Of a DNA stretch of 64,000 bases, positions 31,660 to 42,364 are shown one piece after another. The translations under genes were made by a program, and so were the position numbers. Each line of letters starts with the position of its first letter. Position 1 is the stretch's first letter. Location of the stretch: contig OY763324.1 of NCBI GenBank assembly GCA_963667365.1, positions 534,433-598,432 on the forward strand, written 5' to 3'. The notes under the pieces are model-generated. The model worked only from the letters and a program-made list of their open reading frames with translations. It did no database searches and was not told where the DNA came from. Source of the stretch: Candidatus Poribacteria bacterium (GTDB lineage Bacteria > Poribacteria > WGA-4E > WGA-3G).

Positions 31660-31718
31660 GAATAGGTGTGTAAGTTAGATTTTACCGTACGGAGAGTCTG
31701 AACCACGATTGATATAAA

Positions 31719-31771
31719 TTGGGCAGGTTAAGGTGATGGATACTTACATCCAGCATATCTTACCTGCCCAA
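31719..31771 (-). terminator. Long stem-loop downstream of the DUF1553 gene
   Basis: ttgggcaggt (31719-28) pairs with acctgcccaa (31762-71), with an inner tggat/atcca stem; short U-rich tail on the minus strand. Confidence 0.5.
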
Positions 31772-31793
31772 AGGTTATTTTATAAAGTGACAC

Positions 31794-34052
31794 TTACCGA
31801 TTGAAAAGGAAGGAACGGGATGAGATAAGTGCCCAGAGTAGATCTTCCGTATCTTTGCGTCTTGTTGAGTCATCGGCAATATATGTCGCAGCTGTCTCAA
31901 GTTCCGCATCCGTGGGAGGACGACTCAATGTTGTCAGATACAACTCCGTAGCCAATTCTACTGGTTCCATTTTTTCACCTGTCTTTGGTTCAAGAAGTTG
32001 GGTTATTGTCTTACTGTTTCTTAACTTTCCATTTATATACGGGGAGTTAATGATGTGAAGTGCCTGCGTGAGCGTAGGTTCAAGTAAGGGGTCTAAGTTG
32101 CCTAAGAATTCCCTATTAGAACGACCAAAAAGATTGAGAAACCGTGAGCTTACTGGTAGCGGTACTTCAATTGCTCGCATACCTACCGGGTAACGTCCGT
32201 ACTTCTCCGATGATCCTACGACATCGTTTAAGACATCAAGCAGTACCTGTGCCATTAAAGGACGTGGCATGAAGCGAGAGAAGAATCTATCATCTAATTC
32301 GTTAGTTTCATTCGGTTCAGCAGAAAGTTGGTATGTTCTGGAGTTAAGTATCAGTTTGATAATATGTTTGGTATCAAATTCACTCCGAACAAATTCTTCT
32401 GCTAATGCTTCCAATAGTCCCTCAACACTTGCGGGGGTTGTGGCACGCATATCGTCAACAGGGTCAACAATCCCTCTACCAAAATAGTAACTCCATAAAC
32501 GGTTGACGGTTGCCTTTGCAAAGTATGGATTTGAATCGGCAGTGATCCAGTCAGAGAGATGTTGTATTGCCTCATCTCTATACGCCTCTGGTAGCGTTGG
32601 TCCGCCGAGGAATGTCGGTTGTGCAACCTGACCGCGATTTCCTTGTACAGACTGGTTAATCACCCTTCCTGCGGGATTGTTATAGACTACCAGTTCTTGG
32701 TAGAGTCCACCTCCACGGGTTCCGACTTTACCCGTGAACGCAGCGAAGTTCCAATAATCGTCTGTTGTCCATTCGTCAAATGGGTGTTTATGGCATCGTG
32801 CACAACTGAGACGAATTCCAAGGAAGACTTGTGCAGTCGTTTCAGCTCTGCCCGCAGGTTGTCGTTCAATCCGGTAATAGTTTGTTGGACCGTGTTGGTA
32901 TGTACTGCCAGTAGCGGTTAATATATCTCGTACAAACTGGTCATAAGGTTTATTTTCTTTAACGGAATCTTGAATAAATTCATGGAAGATAGTTGCACCC
33001 CTATCCCCAAATTCTCCGTTTCCTAATCTACGTGGATGCACACGCAACATATCCGCCATTTTTAATGTACGCAAATTAACCCAATCCGGTTTTTCCATGA
33101 GTGTATCTATCAAACGTGTCCGTTTGTCTGGGTTTGAATCGGCAAGGAACTCCCTCACCTCATCAGAAGAGGGTAACTTTCCGACTGTATCCAGATAGAC
33201 TCTCCGTATGAATTCTGCATCGGATGTGAGTTCGGATGGGCGTACGTTCAATTTTTCCAGTTTTGCTGCAACGAATTCATCAATGAAATTGTTCGTAGGA
33301 AGTTCCGGGTAAGGTTTTCCATCGGATTCTCTTGGAACAGTGATGAATGAGGAGGAAACAACCCCTAAATATCTTGCCAAGATAGCAGTTCCACCCCAAC
33401 GAGTGCTGGTAACCAAGCCGGATTCCGTGACAATAGCAACCGGTTCATCTTTGGATTCATAAACCGCTTGGTCTGTAACATCTTCCACGGACCCATTTGT
33501 AAAATGTGCGAGAACTTTTAGTTGCTTTGTTTCGCCAACAGAAGTGAACGCAGTTTCGCTTGGTTCAATTACAAGTTTTTGCAAACGTGGTTCGTCAGGT
33601 GAGAAGGGAGCACCAGCGGAGATCCATTCCAAAATAGTTTCCGCTTCATCAGAATTTGAATCAAATCTCAATCCACCCTCATGTGGAATCTGTCCAGTCG
33701 GTTTTAGGTAAAGCAGACTCTGCTCAGGTTCAAGCAGATTGATACGTCTACCTCGGTTATGGTGTACAATAGGTTCATAATCACTTTCTGGGTTAAGAGT
33801 GAGTAAGGATAAATTTAAACCACCTTGCCCACCGAATTTACCGTGGCAGAGTCCGGCAGAACATCCCATTTTGTCGAGGATAGGTGCGATATCTTTAAGA
33901 AAAAGCGGTGCTTCTTCTTTTATTTCATTATCGTGTTGTATTTCGCTGTCAGTATTTCCCCAACATGGTGGGGAAGCCAGCATGTATGTAAATGCTGTAA
34001 TAGCAAATACTATGAAGAGAGGAACGATACTGTTCCATCTTACGCTTTTCAT
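31794..34052 (-). CDS. DUF1549/DUF1553 protein with Ig-like (Big_2) domain
   Basis: Signal peptide, CSAGLCH, GKFGGQGG, EFIRRVYLD, CARCHKHP, VNRLWSYYFGRGIV. Confidence 0.88.
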   Translation of the reverse strand: MKSVRWNSIVPLFIVFAITAFTYMLASPPCWGNTDSEIQHDNEIKEEAPLFLKDIAPILDKMGCSAGLCHGKFGGQGGLNLSLLTLNPESDYEPIVHHNRGRRINLLEPEQSLLYLKPTGQIPHEGGLRFDSNSDEAETILEWISAGAPFSPDEPRLQKLVIEPSETAFTSVGETKQLKVLAHFTNGSVEDVTDQAVYESKDEPVAIVTESGLVTSTRWGGTAILARYLGVVSSSFITVPRESDGKPYPELPTNNFIDEFVAAKLEKLNVRPSELTSDAEFIRRVYLDTVGKLPSSDEVREFLADSNPDKRTRLIDTLMEKPDWVNLRTLKMADMLRVHPRRLGNGEFGDRGATIFHEFIQDSVKENKPYDQFVRDILTATGSTYQHGPTNYYRIERQPAGRAETTAQVFLGIRLSCARCHKHPFDEWTTDDYWNFAAFTGKVGTRGGGLYQELVVYNNPAGRVINQSVQGNRGQVAQPTFLGGPTLPEAYRDEAIQHLSDWITADSNPYFAKATVNRLWSYYFGRGIVDPVDDMRATTPASVEGLLEALAEEFVRSEFDTKHIIKLILNSRTYQLSAEPNETNELDDRFFSRFMPRPLMAQVLLDVLNDVVGSSEKYGRYPVGMRAIEVPLPVSSRFLNLFGRSNREFLGNLDPLLEPTLTQALHIINSPYINGKLRNSKTITQLLEPKTGEKMEPVELATELYLTTLSRPPTDAELETAATYIADDSTRRKDTEDLLWALISSRSFLFNR

Positions 34053-34202
34053 GTCATATCTCCTTCCTTGAACAAGGAATGAAATCTATGGTGATGTTAC
34101 GTTTACCATTTTAACAATGTTTTGCAGTAATCTACAATATTTTGATACCGCTGTCAAGGTCAGTATTAAAAGCGTCTCAGGTCTATAAATCTTCCAACTA
34201 AA

Positions 34203-36692
34203 TTATTCAAATACCTTGGTAAAGACATCTGTCATATTTTCAACAAAGTGGAATGCAAGTCCTTCTTGGATATCCTCAGGGATTTCAACAAAGTCCTTTT
34301 GATTGCCTTGTGGAACAATTATTTTTTTAATACCTGCTTGCTTCGCTGCAAGGATTTTCTCTTTTACACCACCAATAGGCAGAACCCTTCCTCGTAAGGT
34401 TAATTCTCCAGTCATAGCTATTTCTGGGTCAATCCCTTGCTTTGTAGCAATAGAAGCAAGTGCAGCTGCAATAGTAATTCCCGCGGAAGGACCATCTTTG
34501 GGAATAGCACCCGCAGGCACATGGATGTGAATATCGTCTTGTAGTGCGAGCGTATCGAATTCCAATGAAGAGGATTGCGATTTTATATAAGACAATGCGG
34601 TTTGCGCGGATTCCTGCATCACTTCCCCTATCTGTCCTGTGATTCGGAGATCACCTTTACTTCCTTGTTTTTGTGTTGCAGTTGCTTCTACAAACAGTAT
34701 CTCACCACCTGCTGGTGTGACGGATAGTCCTGTAGCAACACCAACATCAGCAGTTCTTCCAGCGATTTCAGAATCAAACTTCGGAGGACCAAGATAATTC
34801 GGTATATCCTTAACACCAATCTTGTTGCGTTCAGTTGTCCCTTCTGCTACGCGTCGTGCAGATTTACGACAGAGCGTGCCAAGTTCGCGCTCCAGATTGC
34901 GAACACCAGCCTCTCGAGTATATTCTTTGACAACTTTTTGAATAGCTGCATCAGAGATCCCTAACTGTTTTTTCGTAATACCGTTTTCCTTGAGTTGGCG
35001 TGGAATGAGATACTGTTTGGCAATCTGTTTTTTCTCATTTGAAGTGTAACCGGGCAACTCAATTGTCTCCATACGGTCACGAAGTGGAGGTGGAATTGTG
35101 TGAATTTGGTTCGCCGTTGTGATGAACATGATCTGTGACAGATCAAATGGTACATCCAAATAGTTATCGGTGAACGCATGATTCTGTTCAGGATCAAGCA
35201 CTTCCAGGAGTGCAGCTGCAGGATCCCCTCGAAAATCGGACCCGAGTTTGTCAATTTCATCAAGCATAAAGACAGGATTGTTGGATTCTGCTTGCCGTAT
35301 TCCTTTAATAATACGTCCAGGCATGGAACCGATGTAGGTTCGTCGATGCCCTCGAATTTCAGCTTCGTCGTGCATTCCACCTAAAGAAAGACGGACAAAT
35401 TTTCTACCGATAGCACGTGCGATTGATTTACCAAGAGAAGTTTTACCCACACCCGGCGGTCCTACGAAACAAAAGATTGGTCCCTTCATTTCAGATTTGA
35501 GAAGGCGTACAGCGAGATGTTCAACAATACGTTCTTTGACTTTAACTAAATTATAGTGATCCTCGTTAAGAATCTTCATTGCCTTTGATAGATTGATAGA
35601 ATCCTCAGTTTGAGTCGACCACGGCAGATTGAGAAGCCAATCCAAATAATTTCGTGATACGGTTGACTCTGGAGAAAAAGACTGCATTTTGGAAAGACGA
35701 TTAAGTTCTTTATTTGCTGCCTTTTTTGCCTTGGACGGTAAATCAGTCTCTTTCAACTGTTCACGCATATCGTTAATATCGGAAGCTAAATCATCTGCTT
35801 CTCCGAGTTCTGTCTGAATTGCTTTGAGCTGTTCACGTAGATAGTATTCCCGTTGACCTTTATTTATAACGGCTTGTGCATTGGATTGTATTTTACTTTC
35901 TAATTCATGCAGGTCAACTTCTTTAGCGAGGATAACAGTAAGCTTATTCAGTCTCTCAGCGATAGGGATTGTCTCAAGAATCTGCTGTTTCTCTTGTGGT
36001 TTTAGGTCTAATACAGCAGCGATATAATCTGCTAACCGTCCAGGTTCTTCAATACTCTTCGTCATCAACCCATGCTCTTCTTGATAACGTGAGGAGAGAT
36101 GGACAATCCGTTGGAACATTTCATCAGTGCTGCGGACGAGTGCCTCTAACTCCAACTTACCCTCTTCATCTTCTTCGGAGTTCTCGCTATCATCGACACT
36201 TACCTTTTCTTTAATAATTTCTTCCTCTTCAATATCCTCTTCATCCTGTATGAGTCGGACACGTGCTTTGAGGAACGGTTCTGTGTGAAGTATTTCTTCA
36301 ATCATGACACGTGCACGACCATTCGCGAGAAATAGAACATCCTCATCATCTTTTTTAGCACGGAGAATGTGAATTAAACTACCGATAGGACGTAATTCCT
36401 CCAGTGTCATGTCCTTCGCTGCGCGCGGGTCCGTGTCAAGACTTCGACCAGTAGTCGTTTGGAAAATACAGAGTACACGTTCGCCGTTTAGCATCGCATC
36501 GTCAACAGCATCCATCACCATCTTTCCTGACAGTGCGACGTGATGCGGTGGAAATGGTGGAACAGGTGGCATATAAGGAAAAATTACAAGATCATCAACT
36601 GGTAGTATAGGTAATTCCACCGTCTCCAAATTTTCTTCAGCAATCTCATTTTCTTCTGGATTTTCATATTCTGTAATGTTTTCATTTTCCAT
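34203..36692 (-). CDS. lon: ATP-dependent Lon protease
   Basis: GPPGVGKTS Walker A, MLDEIDK, RRTYIG, PKDGPSAG (catalytic Ser), GGVKEK (catalytic Lys). Confidence 0.97.
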   Translation of the reverse strand: MENENITEYENPEENEIAEENLETVELPILPVDDLVIFPYMPPVPPFPPHHVALSGKMVMDAVDDAMLNGERVLCIFQTTTGRSLDTDPRAAKDMTLEELRPIGSLIHILRAKKDDEDVLFLANGRARVMIEEILHTEPFLKARVRLIQDEEDIEEEEIIKEKVSVDDSENSEEDEEGKLELEALVRSTDEMFQRIVHLSSRYQEEHGLMTKSIEEPGRLADYIAAVLDLKPQEKQQILETIPIAERLNKLTVILAKEVDLHELESKIQSNAQAVINKGQREYYLREQLKAIQTELGEADDLASDINDMREQLKETDLPSKAKKAANKELNRLSKMQSFSPESTVSRNYLDWLLNLPWSTQTEDSINLSKAMKILNEDHYNLVKVKERIVEHLAVRLLKSEMKGPIFCFVGPPGVGKTSLGKSIARAIGRKFVRLSLGGMHDEAEIRGHRRTYIGSMPGRIIKGIRQAESNNPVFMLDEIDKLGSDFRGDPAAALLEVLDPEQNHAFTDNYLDVPFDLSQIMFITTANQIHTIPPPLRDRMETIELPGYTSNEKKQIAKQYLIPRQLKENGITKKQLGISDAAIQKVVKEYTREAGVRNLERELGTLCRKSARRVAEGTTERNKIGVKDIPNYLGPPKFDSEIAGRTADVGVATGLSVTPAGGEILFVEATATQKQGSKGDLRITGQIGEVMQESAQTALSYIKSQSSSLEFDTLALQDDIHIHVPAGAIPKDGPSAGITIAAALASIATKQGIDPEIAMTGELTLRGRVLPIGGVKEKILAAKQAGIKKIIVPQGNQKDFVEIPEDIQEGLAFHFVENMTDVFTKVFE

Positions 36693-36843
36693 TGCTATCT
36701 ATTCTCCTTTCAAAATTCACTCAGGTATCACTACGTTGCTAAAGTTAGTGTCAATAAATAAACGTTCCGTCAAGCGATATGTCAGGAACTTCTCACCAGT
36801 ATTTCATAACTGTGATGTAAGTCTGATGTTCTTGTAAAATATT

Positions 36844-37947
36844 CTACTGAGGTATATTGACACTGTTAATCCATCCGCGTTTACCTTCAATAATTACCTC
36901 TGTTTTTAGTGCGGCGCAACGTTTCTGATAGTCCTTCAATGTCTCTATAGCGGTTTCTTCCAATTTTACATCAAGAGACTCCTTTGCAGTATCTATAGTT
37001 TTGAGGAGACTCGGTTGTGGAAAGGATGCCCCTGGTTTGTCTGCCAAGATTGGTATCAATTCTATAGATTTAAGTGTATCTTCTACAAAAGTCACTTTTG
37101 GTATAATTGTCCGTGCATGCTGTAATGCGTATGTGTCGTAAATAAAATCTGCGAGACTATAGATAATCGGTTTTTCGTTGTAAAGTTCAATACCGCCAAG
37201 TGTATGAAGTTGTTGGCATAAGACCAAATCGGCACCAGCATCAATAAGTGCTTGAGCAAATATCCTTTGACGACCAATAGTCGATTGTTGTGCGCTTGTG
37301 TCTGCTTCTCTTTTACCCCAATGTAGCCATACAATTACAAGTGCTGCGGTATCATTTACCTCTCTAACAGCACGCGTCATTTGACTAAAGGCAGCCGAAG
37401 CTACAACGTTCAACGAAGCCATATTGAATTCATTCCCGCGTAAGTACGCAAACATTGCAATTTTTTTAGAATTGACCTCCAACCATGCAGGGGCATTTGC
37501 CGCTGCAGGTGTAATTCCTGCACCCATAGGTTTGACGTTATACCATTCCAAATGGGTTAATGTATCTTCAAGTGCTTCAATTCCAAAGTCCATGATGTGC
37601 GGTGTTGCTAAGGAGACAGCATCAAATCCAGCATTTGCGATTGCTCGTGCAAGTTCAGGTGTCGCACGGAAATGTAGTTCTCGTCTTGTATCCGGTTCCC
37701 CTCTATCTGAAATGCTGGTGTTGAGTGATACTGTAGCGACATCTGCTGATTGAATGACAGATGTAGTTTCTTCAAAAAATACGCTTGCACCATGCTGTTC
37801 TATTGTTGGTGTCAAGTTACTCCCTATTGTGATATCCCCAATCGCGATCACGGAGATCTCTTCAGTATCCAACAGAGATGCTTCGGATAAGGTGCTGTTC
37901 TGAATGATTAGTAGGACAAAAATGAGAAAGTAGTGAGTGTATTTCAT
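36844..37947 (-). CDS. CapA/PGA_cap metallophosphatase-fold protein with degenerate metal motifs
   Basis: Signal peptide; GD, 'SLATPH..DFG', HWG, 'ADLVLCQQLH', 'YSLADF' align to CapA motifs. Confidence 0.8.
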   Translation of the reverse strand: MKYTHYFLIFVLLIIQNSTLSEASLLDTEEISVIAIGDITIGSNLTPTIEQHGASVFFEETTSVIQSADVATVSLNTSISDRGEPDTRRELHFRATPELARAIANAGFDAVSLATPHIMDFGIEALEDTLTHLEWYNVKPMGAGITPAAANAPAWLEVNSKKIAMFAYLRGNEFNMASLNVVASAAFSQMTRAVREVNDTAALVIVWLHWGKREADTSAQQSTIGRQRIFAQALIDAGADLVLCQQLHTLGGIELYNEKPIIYSLADFIYDTYALQHARTIIPKVTFVEDTLKSIELIPILADKPGASFPQPSLLKTIDTAKESLDVKLEETAIETLKDYQKRCAALKTEVIIEGKRGWINSVNIPQ

Positions 37948-38414
37948 GAGTCTTTTTTCAGTTGAGTACCTATTGTAATCAATGCATCTCCCAAAGATTG
38001 TCTGTCTAACTGATTCGTGTTTTGGAGAGTTTGAGTTTCTTTCTGTAATCCGTCAATCTGTGCCTGAAATTCTGTTGCAAACTCATTGATAAGCATTGAT
38101 AATTTCTCAAGATCATTTTCACTTCGACTGATTAGTTCGTCAATACGTGTATCAACACGTTGTACTATGTTGTCCGGTATATTACCGTATTGCGTTTTAA
38201 CATCCGAGATTTCCTTTAACAACCTCGCTTCAACTTCAGCGATATTCTGTCGGGTATTTTCTATCTCTTGAGTCAATTTTTCAAACTTTTCATTGTAATT
38301 ACGGAAGTCGTCTCCAAAGATGCTGTCCCTGAGATAGGATTCTAAGTTTTGCGGATTTTGTTGTTCTGATTCTGTTGTCTCTTCAATTACAACTGGTTGC
38401 TGTGGTTCATTCAT
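37944..38414 (-). CDS. Coiled-coil hypothetical protein
   Basis: Heptad pattern; 4-bp overlap with the CapA-like gene. Confidence 0.7.
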   Translation of the reverse strand: MNEPQQPVVIEETTESEQQNPQNLESYLRDSIFGDDFRNYNEKFEKLTQEIENTRQNIAEVEARLLKEISDVKTQYGNIPDNIVQRVDTRIDELISRSENDLEKLSMLINEFATEFQAQIDGLQKETQTLQNTNQLDRQSLGDALITIGTQLKKDS

Positions 38415-38455
38415 TAACTATCTCCTTCGCCAATCTAAGTCCTTAACTCAAGGAA

Positions 38456-39520
38456 TTATGGATAATTATATAAATTTTCCGGTGTGCTGTCCTCGTTATC
38501 AACGTCTAATTGGACTGAAGTCTCGTTTGTTGGTTGAGTGCGATTAGCGTTAAACTCCCGGAGGATACAGTTAACAATTTCTTCACTATATGCCTCTGCA
38601 GAGACTTGTCGCTGATTTGCTTCCCATGCCATACGCGCGACAGCTTCAAAATACTCAGCGTGTTTATATGCATCTAAAAGGTTTGTCCCGCGTGAAAAGG
38701 TTCCGTGTCCAACCCAATAAAGGATGTGTCGCATCGGATCAGCACCGTTTTCAAATAGGCGTAAACTCTCATAAGACAATTCCGGTATCCCAGGTACACG
38801 TTCCTGCACAAATCCAATCCCACCAGAAGGATCGTAAATAATCGGTGTTTCCGGTTCATATCCCTTCAAGAAGTTATAAAAACGATCAGGGTGACCGTGT
38901 TCTGTGCGAGAGATTAAGTTCAAAAACTTCGGTTGTAAGTGGACTAATGCTTGAAATCCCTGTTTCTCTAATTGCTCAAAAATCAGTAGATAATGGAACA
39001 TCTCACTGGTCGGAACACAGCTGCTTGACGCGTTATCTGTATCTGTGGTGTTATCTATCTCTGTTTGTGTTTGTGTGCCATACCGCATTCGGTAGTGTGT
39101 GCCGTCCGGTTCTACTTCAATGACAGTGAGATTTAGTGCGGGGTGCTCTATGCTTATCATATCTAACCGAGACCCCGATTTGGTCAAAAGGACATGTCTG
39201 CCTGCTAATCCTTTGACGACAATTGCTGCTGGTAGTGCATGCCGAGGCGACTCGTCGTAATCAATAAGACACTTCGCATCTACCAATTCAGACAATATCA
39301 CCCCCATATTACCTGCTGATGCCCATAGGTAATTGTGTGCATGTGCATGTGCACCTACCCAACCCATTTGTCCGATACATGTGCCCAATTCACTATCAGG
39401 TGAAATTGGGTGGAGACCTTGTTGATAACCCCTTGCACACCATTGTTGGTGACGGTAACTATGTGCTGGTGGTGGTGTTTGCTGTTGTGTCAGATAAGGA
39501 TTGACTAATGTAAATTCCAC
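38456..39520 (-). CDS. Class II aldolase/adducin family protein (RhaD-like), divergent
   Basis: AGN, LLTKSGS, PTSE, LVHLQP, RVPG, WVGHG, AEYFEAVA match the RhaD layout. Confidence 0.7.
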   Translation of the reverse strand: MEFTLVNPYLTQQQTPPPAHSYRHQQWCARGYQQGLHPISPDSELGTCIGQMGWVGAHAHAHNYLWASAGNMGVILSELVDAKCLIDYDESPRHALPAAIVVKGLAGRHVLLTKSGSRLDMISIEHPALNLTVIEVEPDGTHYRMRYGTQTQTEIDNTTDTDNASSSCVPTSEMFHYLLIFEQLEKQGFQALVHLQPKFLNLISRTEHGHPDRFYNFLKGYEPETPIIYDPSGGIGFVQERVPGIPELSYESLRLFENGADPMRHILYWVGHGTFSRGTNLLDAYKHAEYFEAVARMAWEANQRQVSAEAYSEEIVNCILREFNANRTQPTNETSVQLDVDNEDSTPENLYNYP

Positions 39521-39565
39521 TTGTACCTTTTTATTGTCTTTTCTATTCCAAAATCTTTACCTTAA

Positions 39566-39594
39566 AATATACCATGTTTCAGAGGTATTGGCAA
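39566..39594 (-). promoter_or_regulatory. Sigma70-like promoter TTGCCA-N17-TATATT with extended TG
   Basis: Reverse-complement reading 46 bp upstream of the 39520 start. Confidence 0.55.
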
Positions 39595-40028
39595 GTAAAA
39601 ACGTTTGATTGATAGAGAGATTCAATTGTGGAAATCCTGAACGTTGTATTGTCATAAATTGGAAAACATATACTTTGCAAGTAAAATATATCTCTGCATA
39701 CATAAAACGGGTTAGATATGAAATTAGTAAATTAACTTTATGAAACAGGAATGACTCTAAAACTTTTATAATAGTCGTATAGGATAGGTTGTTCGTGTTG
39801 AAAATCGCTGAACCAAGAATTAAGTGTGAGTAAATTGAGGTCGGAACACTACAATAATTATGTAGCGCGACAATTGGACGGTTCTGTTAATTAAGCCCAT
39901 TACTTGACACATATCCGCTTTTGCGTTAAAATTGAAACTGCTACAGAAAACAGACGGAATCTTTACACGTAATAAACAAAGATAATTCCCGTCAGCACTA
40001 AAACGTAATTGTAAACAAGAGGATTTTG

Positions 40029-41420
40029 ATGAAAACACGAATAGAAAAAGATAGTTTAGGTGAAGTAGAGGTACCTGAAGAGGCATATTGGGGTGCACAG
40101 ACACAGCGCGCATATATTAACTTTGACATTGGAGACGAACATTTTCCACCTACTTTCATTCGCGCCCTCGCTATTATTAAGCAGGCAGCAGCGACTGTCA
40201 ATACCGAACTCGGTGGTATTACCTCAGAGATAGCAGGCTTAATTTGTAGTGCATCGGATGAAGTCGCAGATGGCAAACTTGCAGACCAATTCCCACTCCG
40301 AATTTGGCAGACAGGAAGTGGAACACAGACACACATGAATATCAACGAAGTCATTGCAAACCGTGCGAATGAACTTGCCGGTGGAAGTCTCGGTATGAAG
40401 TCCCCTGTGCATCCGAATGATCATGTGAACCGTTCACAATCTACGAACGATGTTTTTCCGACTGCCATTCACATCGCCGTTGTAACGCAGTGTGTTGAAC
40501 GGCTATTACCAGCAGCCGCAGCATTACAAGGAGCATTAGAGGATAAAGCACAAGAATTTTCAGACATTGTTAAGACGGGACGCACACATCTGATGGATGC
40601 AACCCCGTTGACGTTAGGACAGGTATTCGGAGGGTATGCACATCAGGTGGTACATGCACAGGAGGCGATTAGGAACACATTGACACATCTCTATGAACTA
40701 CCGATTGGTGGAACGGCGGTAGGTACCGGTCTAAACACACATCCTGATTATGCTGATGCTGTTGCATCTCGTATTGCTGAACGTACTGGACACCCATTTG
40801 TAAGTGCACCGAATAAGTTTGAAGCGATGGGAGGTAGAGACGCACTTGTATCAGCAAGTGGTGCTTTGAAAAGGTTTGCTTGTGCGTTGTATAAGATTGC
40901 TAACGATATCCGTTTGTTAGGGAGCGGTCCTCGATGCGGTATCGGTGAGTTGATATTGCCAGAGAACGAACCGGGGAGTTCTATCATGCCCGGTAAAGTT
41001 AATCCTACACAGTGTGAGGCTATGACGATGGTTTGTGCACAAGTGATTGGCAATGATACAACTATATCATTGGCTGGCAGTGCGGGTAACTTTGAGCTGA
41101 ACGTATTTATGCCTGTAATTGCTTTTAACAGTCTCCAATCCATTCGGCTGTTGGCAGATGCGTGCGATGCGTTTCGGCAGCATTGTGTGGTTGGAATCAA
41201 AGCGAATACATCTGCAATTGCTGGGTATTTGGAAGCATCGCTGATGTTGGTAACAGCACTTACGCCAAAGATAGGTTACGATGCAGCTGCAAAACTTGCA
41301 CAGAAGGCACATCGGGAAGGCTCTACACTACGGGAGGTAGCAATTGAGGAAGGTGCGTTAACAGCAGAAGAGTTTGATACGCTTGTTGTGCCAAGTGACA
41401 TGATAGCACCGAATCTATAG
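40029..41420 (+). CDS. fumC: Class II fumarate hydratase
   Basis: [41 protein letters not shown] signature. Confidence 0.97.
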   Translation: MKTRIEKDSLGEVEVPEEAYWGAQTQRAYINFDIGDEHFPPTFIRALAIIKQAAATVNTELGGITSEIAGLICSASDEVADGKLADQFPLRIWQTGSGTQTHMNINEVIANRANELAGGSLGMKSPVHPNDHVNRSQSTNDVFPTAIHIAVVTQCVERLLPAAAALQGALEDKAQEFSDIVKTGRTHLMDATPLTLGQVFGGYAHQVVHAQEAIRNTLTHLYELPIGGTAVGTGLNTHPDYADAVASRIAERTGHPFVSAPNKFEAMGGRDALVSASGALKRFACALYKIANDIRLLGSGPRCGIGELILPENEPGSSIMPGKVNPTQCEAMTMVCAQVIGNDTTISLAGSAGNFELNVFMPVIAFNSLQSIRLLADACDAFRQHCVVGIKANTSAIAGYLEASLMLVTALTPKIGYDAAAKLAQKAHREGSTLREVAIEEGALTAEEFDTLVVPSDMIAPNL

Positions 41421-41512
41421 TTATTATTTTTCAGTTAAATATGTTTCTTTCTGAACACGGTCACGGAAAATGTGGTATGATGTGAGTATCAATATACAAG
41501 GAGGTATATGGT

Positions 41513-42364
41513 ATGAATCAACACGATTTCAACCTCACCGATTCGGAGATTAATTTCTTTAAGACATTCGGTTACCTCAGTTTTCCACAACTGATGGCAG
41601 ACCGAATTAATGCAATTCAGGATGCATTTGAAGCCGTGTGGGTAGAACGAGGCGGTGGTCATAACGGCAAGCCACACGAAGGCACTGCACGTTCCTGTAT
41701 TGTTCCTTTTATCGATCAGAGTGAGGAGTTATCATCGCTACTTGATGATCCGCGGATTCTTGCAATTGCGAAAACATTGCTCGGAGACGATTTTAACTAT
41801 ATGGGGAGTGATGGTAATTTTTACGTTGGTGATACAGGTTGGCATTCTGATGGTGGACATCGTTTAGAAGATCCGATGCACATCAAAATTGCATTTTATC
41901 TGGATCCACTCACACGGGATACAGGTGCGCTCCGAGTCATTCCCGGTAGCCATCTCTTCGGGGATAACTATGCTGATGGACTGAGCCAGCAAGTTGGAAA
42001 AAGCCAAGAGGTGTGGGAATTGCACGGAAAAGATGTGCCAGCGGTTGTCTTTGAAACAACTCCTGGTGATCTTGTGCTCTTTAACCATAACACAAAACAC
42101 GCTGCTTACGGAGGTGGTACGCGTAGACGTATGTTTACCATGAATCTCTGTCAACGATATCCAGATGAGAAAATCGAGGCATTGCAAGCCTATATTGCGG
42201 GTTCCGCAAGGTTCTGGATTGATCGAAAATATGGAGAGAAAATGGTAAGGACAGCGACTCCAGAGCGGAAGATTCACCTTGAACAGGTGATGGCGAACGA
42301 TGACCATCTTGCAGAGTTGTCACGTCAAGCACAGGAACGAATGAGTGAACCATCACGTGGATGA
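41513..42364 (+). CDS. PhyH family dioxygenase with canonical H-x-D...H triad
   Basis: WHSD, GALRVIPGSH, PGDLVLFNHNTKHA, RRMF. Confidence 0.88.
   Translation: MNQHDFNLTDSEINFFKTFGYLSFPQLMADRINAIQDAFEAVWVERGGGHNGKPHEGTARSCIVPFIDQSEELSSLLDDPRILAIAKTLLGDDFNYMGSDGNFYVGDTGWHSDGGHRLEDPMHIKIAFYLDPLTRDTGALRVIPGSHLFGDNYADGLSQQVGKSQEVWELHGKDVPAVVFETTPGDLVLFNHNTKHAAYGGGTRRRMFTMNLCQRYPDEKIEALQAYIAGSARFWIDRKYGEKMVRTATPERKIHLEQVMANDDHLAELSRQAQERMSEPSRG

Noticed and set aside
36844-37947. Poly-gamma-glutamate capsule operon
   Set aside because: No capB/capC; CapA domains are widespread outside PGA synthesis and this one is degenerate
39591-39686. 10-bp direct repeat gcaagtaaaa at 39591 and 39677
   Set aside because: Short and A-rich in AT-rich intergenic DNA; plausible by chance
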